Below, piece after piece: positions 28,250-37,356 of a stretch of DNA of 64,000 nucleotides (position 1 is the first letter of the stretch; every line of letters starts with the position of its first letter). The translations under genes and the position numbers were made by a program. Origin of the DNA: Bacilli bacterium. GTDB taxonomy: Bacteria > Bacillota_I > Bacilli_A > RFN20 > CAG-826. The notes beneath the pieces are model-generated. The model worked only from the letters and a program-made list of their open reading frames with translations, did not search any database and had not been told where the DNA came from. Location of the stretch: contig JAFUEZ010000002.1 of the NCBI GenBank assembly GCA_017470115.1, forward strand, positions 49,665 to 113,664. Reading direction: 5' to 3'.

Positions 28250-29545
28250 ATGGCAAAACATAAATTAACCATGCAAGAGAAACTTGATAAAAGAAAATAC
28301 AAAAAACCAAATCGCTTTTTATGGTGGTTTTTTTATCATCTAGTTATCAAACCATTTCTTTCGCCAATGCATAAAGTTGAAGTCGAGATTAAAGATAGCA
28401 TAAAGGATACTAAAGGTGCTGCATTTATTATCTATAATCATCAGTCAAGAACAGATTTTATTTGGCAAACTCAATGTGCTCAAGGTAGACCATTAAATTT
28501 CATGGTCGGTTATAACGAATTTTTTAGATCGCATTTAAAATTTATTGCTCATCTTCTTCATTTTATCCCTAAAAAGAACTTCACTCTTGATATGGGTTCT
28601 ATGAGAGCCGTAAGAACTATTATTAAAGATGGCGGAGTTGTTTGCTTTGCTCCTGAAGGAATGTCTTCTATTAACGGACACAACCAGCCAATAGTTGTCG
28701 GGACAGGAAAAATGCTCAAAAAATATGGTGTTCCAGTTTATTGTGCAAAAGCAAAAGGCGCTTTCTTATCAAATACCAAAGTATGTTTAGACGAAAGAAA
28801 AGGTAAAACAGTAGCTACAATGTCACTTCTTTTCTCTCCTGAAGATTTGAAAGTTTTATCTCCAGAAGAAATTGATGCAAAAATTAATGAAGCAATCTGG
28901 CAAGACGACTATGCTTACAATAAAGAAGCTCATATAAAATACGATGGTAAGGGCAATATTTGTTCACATCTACATGATTTATTGTATCGCTGTCCAAAAT
29001 GTGGTCATGAATTTGAGATGATTGGCGAAGGCAACGAAATTAAATGTCTAAATTGTGGAAACGGCGCAACAATGGATGACTATTATGATTTCCATCCATT
29101 TGAAGGCTCTATTATTCCAAGTGATCCAGCAAGATGGCACGATGAAGAGCGTAAAATTGTCTATCACGAAATAAAAGATAATCCTAACTTTGAATTTATA
29201 GAAAAAGTTAAGGTTGGTTATTTGCCTCCTTATCACTCTCCAAAAAATAAAGCTACTTCAGAAGTTTGTGGCGAAGGAGTCATGAAATTTACTCATGAAG
29301 GTATATTTTTTGAAGGAACTAAACTCGGAAAACCATTTAATTTTACTCTTGACTATCAAACCTATAATACTTTAGTCATTACAGTTGATTGTACCTATTT
29401 TGCTTTCTATATAAATGGAGAATATTTTGACTTCTTCCCAGAAAGACCAACGGTTGGTAAAATTTTGTTAATTGTTGAAGAGATGCATAGACTTCATGGA
29501 GGCAGGCGGAAAAACTTACCACAACTTGATTGGGTATATGAATAA
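28250..29545 (+). CDS. PlsC-type acyltransferase fused to a C-terminal region that contains a four-Cys zinc-ribbon.
   Basis: The acyltransferase motif I is NHQSRTDF (H-x4-D) and PEG is present. The zinc ribbon reads CPKCGHEFEMIGEGNEIKCLNCG. Confidence 0.6.
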   Translation: MAKHKLTMQEKLDKRKYKKPNRFLWWFFYHLVIKPFLSPMHKVEVEIKDSIKDTKGAAFIIYNHQSRTDFIWQTQCAQGRPLNFMVGYNEFFRSHLKFIAHLLHFIPKKNFTLDMGSMRAVRTIIKDGGVVCFAPEGMSSINGHNQPIVVGTGKMLKKYGVPVYCAKAKGAFLSNTKVCLDERKGKTVATMSLLFSPEDLKVLSPEEIDAKINEAIWQDDYAYNKEAHIKYDGKGNICSHLHDLLYRCPKCGHEFEMIGEGNEIKCLNCGNGATMDDYYDFHPFEGSIIPSDPARWHDEERKIVYHEIKDNPNFEFIEKVKVGYLPPYHSPKNKATSEVCGEGVMKFTHEGIFFEGTKLGKPFNFTLDYQTYNTLVITVDCTYFAFYINGEYFDFFPERPTVGKILLIVEEMHRLHGGRRKNLPQLDWVYE

Positions 29546-29575
29546 AAAAAGCAGACAGAAATGTCTGTTTTTTTA
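29541..29575. terminator. Bidirectional terminator between convergent genes (AAAAAAAGCAGACAGAAATGTCTGTTTTTTT).
   Basis: A 6-7 bp stem is flanked by an A-run and a T-run. Confidence 0.65.
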
Positions 29576-29580
29576 AAAAT

Positions 29581-29606
29581 AGTCAGTTTTTGCAAGGTTA
29601 TTTACG
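29581..29606 (+). repeat. Variant instance of the recurring motif (AGTCAGTTTTTGCAAGGTTATTTACG).
   Basis: It is near-identical to the copy at 35581-35606. Confidence 0.6.
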
Positions 29607-30392
29607 AATTTGTGGCGTCCCGTTCAATTTTTGTTGACGCATCCAAGTACCCATAACCATCTTTTTAGGAAGTAATCTAACAAGAATTCTTTGGGCATTA
29701 TTTTTAAAACCATAGCATGAAATTTCTTTCTTTTTATATAAATCTTTTATGGCTTTTTTCATAACTTTATGTGGGTCATACATTGCAGCATATTTTATAA
29801 CAACCGGTTTTTTATCCGTATCTACAGCTCTATCAAAAAAAGCTGTTTTTGTCCAAAACGGAGTTACAGTTAATACATGAATTTTTCTATATTTAAGTTC
29901 AACGTTTAATGCTCTTCCATAACTTAAAACAAATGCTTTAGTTGCTCCATAACACGCAATATAAGGAATTGGTTGGAAGCCTGCACAACTTGCAATATTC
30001 ATAATTTTTCCACCTTCTTCTATATAAGGTAAAGAAATCGAAATTGTATTAACGTAACTTGAACAGTTCAAATCCACCATTTCATTTAAAACTTTATAAT
30101 CGATATTTTCTGTATGATCAAAAATGCCAAAACCAGCGCAGTTAGCTAAAATTCTGATTTTTACTTCTTCTGCTTCGATTATCTTTTTATATTCTTCAAA
30201 GCTTTCTTTTTTAGCTAAATCAAGTGGAATTATTTTAACAGGTGTTTTTATTTCCTCTTTTAATTCTTCTAATTTTTTGACACTTCTAGCAATTGCCCAA
30301 ATCTCATCAACTTTTTCTATTTCTTCGATTTGCTTGATAAAATCTCTTCCCATACCGCTTGAAGCACCAGTTACAACTATAATTTTCTTCAT
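29598..30392 (-). CDS. Short-chain dehydrogenase/reductase (SDR) family oxidoreductase.
   Basis: It has the VTGASSGMG cofactor-binding motif (TGxxxGxG) and the YGATKAF catalytic motif (YxxxK). Confidence 0.8.
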   Translation of the reverse strand: MKKIIVVTGASSGMGRDFIKQIEEIEKVDEIWAIARSVKKLEELKEEIKTPVKIIPLDLAKKESFEEYKKIIEAEEVKIRILANCAGFGIFDHTENIDYKVLNEMVDLNCSSYVNTISISLPYIEEGGKIMNIASCAGFQPIPYIACYGATKAFVLSYGRALNVELKYRKIHVLTVTPFWTKTAFFDRAVDTDKKPVVIKYAAMYDPHKVMKKAIKDLYKKKEISCYGFKNNAQRILVRLLPKKMVMGTWMRQQKLNGTPQIRK

Positions 30393-30499
30393 ATTTTCTC
30401 CAAAAAATTCTAATTTCTTTAATTTTATAATTTAATAATATTAAATTAATAGTTAAAATATATAAAAAAGTTTAAAATATACAAAACGAGGAATAAGTT

Positions 30500-31663
30500 A
30501 TGGAATTAAAATTTGAAAAAGTAAATGGTGAACTAATCATCTATTTCCCCGATAGAGTTGATACACAAAATGCGGCAGATTTTGAAGAATCAATTTTTAA
30601 AATTTTGGGTAATCAACGCGCTGAAAAAATCGTTTTAAACCTTCAAGACCTTGATTATATTTCTTCTGTTGGTCTTAGAATTGTCCTTAAAATTAAAAAA
30701 CAATTTAATGAACTTTCAATTATTGAAGTCAGCTCAGAAGTTTATGAAATTTTCTCAATGACTGGTTTTACAGATATTATTGATATCAAAAAAGCTCTTA
30801 GAGTAGTTTCAATTGAAGGATGCAAAATTATTGGTGAAGGTTTCTATGGAAAAGTTTATAGAATTTCTCCAGATACAATCCTTAAACATTTTTTCAAAGG
30901 TAATCCTGTTGAAGACATCGAAAGAGAAAGACAAAACGCTAAAAACGCCTTTGTTCTAGGTGTTCCAACTGCTATTTCTTATGACGTTGTTAGAGTTAAA
31001 GAAGGTGGTTATGGCGCTATTTATGAACTTATTGATGCAAAATCATTAAAAACTTATCTTTTAGATTTAGGTGATCAAATTGATGCAGCAGTAAAACTTT
31101 CTGCAAGACTTTTAAGAAAACTTAATACCACAGAATGTATATCAACCGCTTTACCAAGAGCAACAGATATTGCAAATAAATGGTTAAAAAAAATTAAACC
31201 TCTCTTTAATGATGAAGATAACGCTAAAATTAAGAGTTTATTTGATACTATTCCTGATGAAGATTTCTTGATTCATGGTGATTGCCATGTTAAAAACGTT
31301 TTCATTCAAGAAAGTGAGCCAATTTTAATTGATATGGATTCAATGCAAATCGGTTCGAACATTTTTGAATATGCAGATTTATATATTCCATATATTGCCT
31401 ATGCATTAGATGATCCTGAAAACCAAGAAAAATTCTTTGGTATTCCTGCAAAGACTTGCAAAGATTTGTTCTATGGAATCTTAAATGAAATTTATGGCGA
31501 TAGACCAGACTATGAAGAAATTGTCCAAAAAATTCAATTTGTTGGTGATGTCCACTTCTTAAGTAAAATTCAAACGACTGGGCAAAATTTCCCTGAAAGA
31601 CAGAATAACGCTATAGCCAGAATTAAAGAAGGTTTAAGCAAATTAACAACCTTGAAATACTAA
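30500..31663 (+). CDS. Fusion protein of 387 aa: an N-terminal STAS (anti-sigma-factor-antagonist-like) domain joined to a C-terminal eukaryote-like/APH-type phosphotransferase (kinase) domain.
   Basis: The STAS region DLDYISSVGLRIVL carries the DxSG phospho-Ser context. The kinase has a Gly-loop IGEGFYGKVYR, a catalytic loop IHGDCHVKNVF and the metal-binding motif IDMDS. Confidence 0.6.
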   Translation: MELKFEKVNGELIIYFPDRVDTQNAADFEESIFKILGNQRAEKIVLNLQDLDYISSVGLRIVLKIKKQFNELSIIEVSSEVYEIFSMTGFTDIIDIKKALRVVSIEGCKIIGEGFYGKVYRISPDTILKHFFKGNPVEDIERERQNAKNAFVLGVPTAISYDVVRVKEGGYGAIYELIDAKSLKTYLLDLGDQIDAAVKLSARLLRKLNTTECISTALPRATDIANKWLKKIKPLFNDEDNAKIKSLFDTIPDEDFLIHGDCHVKNVFIQESEPILIDMDSMQIGSNIFEYADLYIPYIAYALDDPENQEKFFGIPAKTCKDLFYGILNEIYGDRPDYEEIVQKIQFVGDVHFLSKIQTTGQNFPERQNNAIARIKEGLSKLTTLKY

Positions 31664-31672
31664 TTAATTGAA

Positions 31673-31714
31673 ATAAAAAATAACCCTGTTAAATTTATAA
31701 AACAGGGTTTTTTA
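31673..31714 (+). terminator. Rho-independent terminator AACCCTGTT-loop-AACAGGGTTTTTT.
   Basis: A 9-bp perfect stem is followed by a T-run. Confidence 0.7.
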
Positions 31715-31727
31715 ATATAAATATTTA

Positions 31728-31746
31728 GGTTTTGCGGGGTTTTTAC
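31728..31746 (+). repeat. Instance of the recurring motif (GGTTTTGCGGGGTTTTTAC).
   Basis: It lies between the convergent gene ends, after the terminator. Confidence 0.55.
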
Positions 31747-32903
31747 AATAATTTAAATTCTAAAAGTGATGGGTCGTGGTCCGAAAAAGCAAACCCATCA
31801 AGACCTTTATTTCCGTTTTTTGTTTGAATGTTTTCGTGAGAAACAACTTCAATGTTTTCCGAAACTATAAAACCGTCAATTGCTGTTGTATAAGTTTTCC
31901 CAGGGATATATTCAATATCATTATTTCTAGATGTTGGATAGTTGTCGCTTGCAACAACTTTAAAGCCTTCGATTACAGGAGATTTTCCTTCTTCATCAAA
32001 GAACTTGCTAACCCAATCTGGATCTTTTTTGGTTTCTCCAAATGGTCTATGGTCTGTTGTGTTATAAGTAAAATCAGGATTGTTAGTTAATAAATCGTTG
32101 TTCCAATCTCCAGCAAAAACAACATAGTCTCCATTATCTTTTCTTTCTTTTAAGAAAGCATTAAGTTCTTCAACTTGTTTTGCTCTAATAACGCCGCCTT
32201 CATCGTAAGCAGACATGTGGGAATTACAAATATATAATTTCCTCCCGTTAGAAACGTCGATTACAGAGGAAGAAAAGCATCTATCTAAATCAAAGAATTT
32301 TGAAAAACCAGTTGATACAGTGTATTCGTGTCTTTTTGCTTCTTGAATTTTATATTTTGATATAGTTGTTAGTCCACCTTTAACTGCTCCGTGCATATCA
32401 TAAAGTGGATAAGGTAAAAATGCGCTATGAAAATTTATTGCATGAACATGATCATAAGCAGGGTATTTTTCTTGAATTTTACTATCTTGATTAATGTGAT
32501 AGCTTCTTGTTGAATCCGTATCTACTTCTTGAAAACAAACAAAATCAGGATTTTGCTCCAAAGTTGTACTAATAGCCCCATTAGTATTAAAAATTACTTC
32601 ATCTTTTGATTTTGCAGTAGAGTGGTGGCCACAAGTTTCTTTTCCTTCTTCATCATATCCAGTATCTAAGAAGAAATCGAAGTCTTGAGAATAAGCACCA
32701 AAACCAATGTTATAAGTTAAAACTTTATAAGTGTCTCCAACTGCAACTTTTTCAAGCTCAGATTTTGAGTCTACTTTTAAGTCGCAATCCCCAATTCTAT
32801 TATAAGAAAGGATAACATAACCAACATATCCACCAGCACCTAAAACAACGACACCAACAAAAATTCCAGCGCCTATTAAAACTCTCTTTAAAATCTTATT
32901 CAT
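31743..32903 (-). CDS. Membrane-anchored endonuclease/exonuclease/phosphatase (EEP) family protein. The start has been moved to the internal ATG, because the track start is a TTG.
   Basis: The C-terminal FSDHDP motif and an N-terminal TM helix are present. It shows an overall EEP pattern (FQEV...D...N...SDHxP). Confidence 0.6.
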   Translation of the reverse strand: MNKILKRVLIGAGIFVGVVVLGAGGYVGYVILSYNRIGDCDLKVDSKSELEKVAVGDTYKVLTYNIGFGAYSQDFDFFLDTGYDEEGKETCGHHSTAKSKDEVIFNTNGAISTTLEQNPDFVCFQEVDTDSTRSYHINQDSKIQEKYPAYDHVHAINFHSAFLPYPLYDMHGAVKGGLTTISKYKIQEAKRHEYTVSTGFSKFFDLDRCFSSSVIDVSNGRKLYICNSHMSAYDEGGVIRAKQVEELNAFLKERKDNGDYVVFAGDWNNDLLTNNPDFTYNTTDHRPFGETKKDPDWVSKFFDEEGKSPVIEGFKVVASDNYPTSRNNDIEYIPGKTYTTAIDGFIVSENIEVVSHENIQTKNGNKGLDGFAFSDHDPSLLEFKLL

Positions 32904-32954
32904 GTTTTTTTTCTCTAACGTTTTAGCAAAATAAAAGAAAAGCAATTCTAAGAA

Positions 32955-33134
32955 TTAAATCTTTTTTGAAATTGCTTCTTTAACGTCTTCTTCTAATTCT
33001 TTTTCCTTTTGCTCTGTTTGAGCTTCTTCCTTTTCTTTCTTTCTATCAGCTATTTCTTTTTTTAGCATAAAAACACAAAGGACGACGAGCCCTGCAGTAA
33101 CTAAAGCAAATAAAATATATATCAATACACCCAT
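32955..33134 (-). CDS. Possible 59-aa single-TM membrane protein with a Lys/Glu-rich tail (below the ORF-track cutoff).
   Basis: The ATG at about 33134 opens an ORF beginning MGVLIYILFALVTAGLVVLCVFML followed by a charged tail. Confidence 0.25.
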   Translation of the reverse strand: MGVLIYILFALVTAGLVVLCVFMLKKEIADRKKEKEEAQTEQKEKELEEDVKEAISKKI

Positions 33135-33230
33135 GTTATTATTCTATCATAATTTCATTGAAATGAATTAATAAAAGAAAAGAAGATTTTTAATTAACTC
33201 TTTGGCTTAAAGCATCTTGTTTAAACGTTA

Positions 33231-33253
33231 AAAAAACCTGCAAAACCTCATTC
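33231..33253 (-). repeat. Instance of the recurring motif in minus orientation (GAATGAGGTTTTGCAGGTTTTTT).
   Basis: It lies in the divergent intergenic region upstream of the sensor gene. Confidence 0.55.
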
Positions 33254-33352
33254 TTTATTACTTATTTTCATTTTTTTGACATATAGTTTTATATTTTTAA
33301 TTATTTGCTAACAAATAATTGATATAATAATTAACAATTAGAGGGCGTGATT

Positions 33353-35482
33353 ATGGCTGAGAAAAAAGTTAAAGTTAAATTTTCTATTAGGTGGAAGTTA
33401 TTTCTTTCTTTCGTTGTCTTCGCTCTCCTCTTATCAAACATAACTTTAACAATCTCTTATTTTGTCTATAGAAAGACTTCAGAAGAAGGTTATGGTGCAA
33501 CCGCTCTTAACCTTGCAAAGACTCAAGCATCTTCTGTTGATACTGCAGCTTTAAAAGAAGTTAAGGAATTAGTTTTAACAAAATTTGATGAAGTTATTGA
33601 GGAAAACAATAACGAACTTCCTGATTTAGATGATGAAACACAAAAAACTACATTTTTAGCAAACTTTGATAGCGTTAGTTCTAATTCTTCGTTTATTAAA
33701 ATTCAATCTTATCTTGATAGTATTTTTGAAGACAATACTGTTGCTTCAACTTATTTTGCAGTAATCAGTTCAAAATATGATGCATTAATTGTTTTAGCAG
33801 ATTCAAAACATTCAAATAATTACTCGGCACCAGGTTATTTTGATTATCCTTTATCAAAAGAACAAAAAGACCAAATTAAAGATCTTCCTGCAAAAGATCA
33901 AATTATTAAACCTTATCTTGACGAGTCACTAAATTATGGCGCAATTTTATGTACAGCTGTCCCTATTCTTGATAGCGATGAATCATTAATTTGCCACTCA
34001 TACGTTGATATAGGTTTTGCTAAAGTTATGAGTGGAATCCAAAACTTTTTAACTAGTTTAGGTGTATTTGTTGGCATATTCGCACTTGCTTTCACAGTTT
34101 TAGCTGTTTTCTTATTTAATTTAACAATTGTTAAACCTATTAAAAAGCTTGATGAAGCAACTACTTCTTATTTAGAAGAAGGAAATGAAAATAACACGCA
34201 AGAATCACAAATTTCAAAATTGAAAATTAATACAAAAGATGAGGTTGAACATTTAACTCATTCTATTCAAACCTTGGAAAAAAGCATTGCTGGTTATATT
34301 GCTTCAATTAAAAACATTTCTGCTCAACAAGAACGTTATAGTACTGAGCTTGATATCGCTGAAAAAATTCAAAGAGGTTTGCTTCCAAACAACTTCCCAA
34401 ATAACGATAACTTTCAAATAACCGCTTATATCGATCCAGCAAAAGAAGTTGGCGGCGATTTTTATGATTTCTTTATGGTTGATGAAACACATTTGGCTTT
34501 AGTTATCGCTGATGTTTCTGGTAAAGGCATTCCTGCAGCACTTTTCATGGCCATTGGTAAAACTTTATTAATGGACCACACAATTAATTCTAAAAACTTA
34601 TCTCAAACATTTACTCTTGTTAATAACCTTTTATCTAGAGGCAATTCATCCGATATGTTTATCACTGCTTATGAAGGTTTGCTCGATTTAGAAACTGGAG
34701 AATATAAGTTCGTAAACGCTGGGCACGAAATGCCATTTATATATAAAGAAAAGAACAATACATTTGAATCATATAGATGTAAACCAGGTTTTGTCCTAGC
34801 TGGTATGCCAGAAGTTAAATACCAAGAAGGACAATTAAAATTAGAACCAGGCGATAAGATTTTCCTTTATACTGATGGTATTCCTGAAGCTTCAAACGAC
34901 GCTAAAAACAGATTTGGCATGGAGAAATTACAAAGAGTCTTAAGAGAAAATAGACGCGAAGATACAGAAACAATTATTGATTCTGTTAAACGTGAAGTCG
35001 ATAGATTTGTTAATGGAGCTCCTCAGTTTGATGATATAACAATGCTTTGCTTTGAATTTAAGCAAAAAATTGAAGGAAGAACTAGAAAACTTGAGGTAGG
35101 TGCAAATCTTTCTAATTTTGTAAAGGTTCTTGATTTTATCAACAACCATCTTGAACTTAACTATGTTGAAAAGAAAACAATTAACAAAATCGATATTGCT
35201 CTTGATGAACTTTTCTCAAATATTTGTAATTACGCATATGATGATGGCTTAGGAAAGGTAACTGTTACGGTCTCTGTCACTTCTACTAATATTAAAATTT
35301 CTTTAATTGATGATGGAAAACCATATAATCCTCTTGAACATGATGATCCTGACATTACTCAATCTGTTAAGGAAAGACAAATTGGTGGTTTAGGAATTAT
35401 GATGGTCAAGAAGACAATGGATGATGTTAAATACGAATACAAGCACAAACAAAACATTATCACCATTATTAAGAATCTTTAG
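33353..35482 (+). CDS. Transmembrane sensor with an extracytoplasmic domain and a HAMP-like linker, fused to a PP2C/SpoIIE-family phosphatase and a C-terminal GHKL anti-sigma-factor-type Ser kinase (RsbU-like joined to RsbW-like).
   Basis: There are two TM segments. The PP2C motifs are GGDFYDF, DVSGKGIPAALFMA and YTDGIPEA. The C-terminal region IALDELFSNICNYAYDDG...GGLGIMMVKKTMDDV matches RsbW/SpoIIAB. The start has been moved to the ATG after a GAGGG ribosome-binding site. Confidence 0.7.
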   Translation: MAEKKVKVKFSIRWKLFLSFVVFALLLSNITLTISYFVYRKTSEEGYGATALNLAKTQASSVDTAALKEVKELVLTKFDEVIEENNNELPDLDDETQKTTFLANFDSVSSNSSFIKIQSYLDSIFEDNTVASTYFAVISSKYDALIVLADSKHSNNYSAPGYFDYPLSKEQKDQIKDLPAKDQIIKPYLDESLNYGAILCTAVPILDSDESLICHSYVDIGFAKVMSGIQNFLTSLGVFVGIFALAFTVLAVFLFNLTIVKPIKKLDEATTSYLEEGNENNTQESQISKLKINTKDEVEHLTHSIQTLEKSIAGYIASIKNISAQQERYSTELDIAEKIQRGLLPNNFPNNDNFQITAYIDPAKEVGGDFYDFFMVDETHLALVIADVSGKGIPAALFMAIGKTLLMDHTINSKNLSQTFTLVNNLLSRGNSSDMFITAYEGLLDLETGEYKFVNAGHEMPFIYKEKNNTFESYRCKPGFVLAGMPEVKYQEGQLKLEPGDKIFLYTDGIPEASNDAKNRFGMEKLQRVLRENRREDTETIIDSVKREVDRFVNGAPQFDDITMLCFEFKQKIEGRTRKLEVGANLSNFVKVLDFINNHLELNYVEKKTINKIDIALDELFSNICNYAYDDGLGKVTVTVSVTSTNIKISLIDDGKPYNPLEHDDPDITQSVKERQIGGLGIMMVKKTMDDVKYEYKHKQNIITIIKNL

Positions 35483-35580
35483 TCCAAAATATATTTGCTA
35501 ACAAAAACAATCCAACTTAAATTCATAAGTGGGTTTTTGTTATATCATATTAATGCATGTAAATTACATTATTTTAAAAT

Positions 35581-35606
35581 AGTCAATTTCTGCAAGGTTT
35601 TTTCTA
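35581..35606 (+). repeat. Variant instance of the recurring motif (AGTCAATTTCTGCAAGGTTTTTTCTA).
   Basis: The flanking context (ttttaaaatagtca...) is shared with the copy at 29575-29606. Confidence 0.6.
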
Positions 35607-35633
35607 GCAGAAAGGATTCTATAAATAAAAAAA

Positions 35634-35720
35634 TGGTGCTCCCGACCGGAATCGAACCGGTACGTTATCGCTAACACTAGATTTTGAGTCTAGCGCGTCT
35701 ACCAATTCCGCCACGGGAGC
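35634..35720 (-). tRNA. tRNA-Leu with anticodon CAA (type II, long variable arm), ending in an encoded CCA.
   Basis: The reverse complement reads GCTCCCGTGGCGGAATTGGTAGACGCGCTAGACTCAAAATCTAGTGTTAGCGATAACGTACCGGTTCGATTCCGGTCGGGAGCACCA. The acceptor stem, D-arm (GG), anticodon loop CUCAAAA and TPsiC-arm GGTTCGATTCC are all present. Confidence 0.85.
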
Positions 35721-35815
35721 AACATTGATATTTTATCAAAAATAAAAATAAAATCGAGTAATTATTATAAAAAAGCGAACCGTACTAGATTCGCCTTAAA
35801 TTTAAATTCTTTTAA

Positions 35816-37300
35816 CTACTTTTGATCTTTCATACATGGGAACAAGATTACTTCTCTTATATTTGCTTGATTTGTAAGCAACATAATGAATCTATCTATA
35901 CCCATTCCGATTCCACCAGTTGGAGCCATTCCATACTCAAGAGCTTCTAAGAAGTCTTCATCTAACTCGTTAGCTTCATCATCACCTAATTCTTTTGCTT
36001 TAAGTTGGGCGATAAATCTTTCTTTTTGATCGATTGGATCGTTAAGTTCTGAATAAGCATTTGAGAATTCGGTTCCATTAATATAAAGTTCAAATCTTTC
36101 AACAAATCTTGGATCTTTAGATTTTTTTGTTAATGGAGATATTTCAATTGGATGTCCATGGACAAATGTAGGTTGAATAAGGTCTGCTTCACAGAATTCT
36201 TCAAATAAAGCATTTAAAATATATCCGTTACTTGTCCAGTGTGGTTCAATCTTGATTCCTTTTGATTTTGCAAAAGCTACTGCTTCTTCAAATGATAAAT
36301 CAGATTCAAAATCTAAACCTGTTTTTTCTTTAACAAGTTCAGCCATTGATACCCATTTGAATTCTTGACCTAAGTCAATTTCTAAACCTTGATAATTGAT
36401 TTTAGTTGTACCTAAGACTTGTTCTGCACAATATCTAACTAATCCTTCATTTAATCTTCTCATTGATTGAAGGTCGCCATAAGCTTCATAAAGTTCGATT
36501 GTTGTGAATTCTGGGTTATGTTTTGCGTCCATTCCTTCGTTTCTGAATAATCTACCGATTTCATAAACCTTTTCTAATCCACCAACAATTAATCTCTTTA
36601 AATTAAGTTCGGTTGCGATTCTTAAATAAAAATCTTTATTTAATGTGTTGTGATGTGTAATAAATGGTTTTGCTGATGCTCCACCTAAAATTGGTGATAA
36701 AACACTGGTTTCAACTTCAACAAAGCCTTGAGAATCACAATAACGTTGAATTGCTCTAATAATTTGAGGTCTTAAAAGAGCTGTTCTCTTTGATTCTTCG
36801 TTCATAATAAGATCAACGTATCTGTGTCTTGATCTTTCTTCAATATCAACAAGACCATGGAATTTTTCTGGTAATGGTCTTAATGATTTTGTTAAGAATG
36901 TATATTTTTCAGCCTTAATTGTTAGTTCGCCAGTTCTTGTGAACATTAACTTTCCATAAACGCCAACAATATCACCAATATCGGTAAGTTTTAATACGTT
37001 GTAGCTTTCTTCTCCAACCGAATCAATTGAAATGTAAACTTGGACTTTACCAAATTTATCTTGCATGTTGAAAAATGATGCTTTACCCATTTTTCTCATA
37101 AACATGATTCTTCCAGCTACATTTACATATATTGGATTGACTTCTAAAGATTCGTTTGTTTGGCCTTCTGCTTTTTCTCTACAAGTTTTTGATGTGTCCG
37201 TTCTTTCATAGGCCTCGCCATAAGGATCAACTCCTAATTCTTTTAACTTTTGTAATTTCTCTCTTCTAGCAATCTCTTGATCATTTAATTTTTCTTCCAT
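35816..37300 (-). CDS. lysS: Lysyl-tRNA synthetase, class II.
   Basis: It has an N-terminal OB anticodon-binding region and class II motifs (FRNEGMDAKHNPEFTTIELY, GGIGMGIDR). The position, just upstream of dus as in Bacillus, agrees. Confidence 0.95.
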   Translation of the reverse strand: MEEKLNDQEIARREKLQKLKELGVDPYGEAYERTDTSKTCREKAEGQTNESLEVNPIYVNVAGRIMFMRKMGKASFFNMQDKFGKVQVYISIDSVGEESYNVLKLTDIGDIVGVYGKLMFTRTGELTIKAEKYTFLTKSLRPLPEKFHGLVDIEERSRHRYVDLIMNEESKRTALLRPQIIRAIQRYCDSQGFVEVETSVLSPILGGASAKPFITHHNTLNKDFYLRIATELNLKRLIVGGLEKVYEIGRLFRNEGMDAKHNPEFTTIELYEAYGDLQSMRRLNEGLVRYCAEQVLGTTKINYQGLEIDLGQEFKWVSMAELVKEKTGLDFESDLSFEEAVAFAKSKGIKIEPHWTSNGYILNALFEEFCEADLIQPTFVHGHPIEISPLTKKSKDPRFVERFELYINGTEFSNAYSELNDPIDQKERFIAQLKAKELGDDEANELDEDFLEALEYGMAPTGGIGMGIDRFIMLLTNQANIREVILFPCMKDQK

Positions 37301-37356
37301 AATACTTGCCTCTTTCGATGTTAAATTATATACAAATTTATAGAGTAATTCACTAA

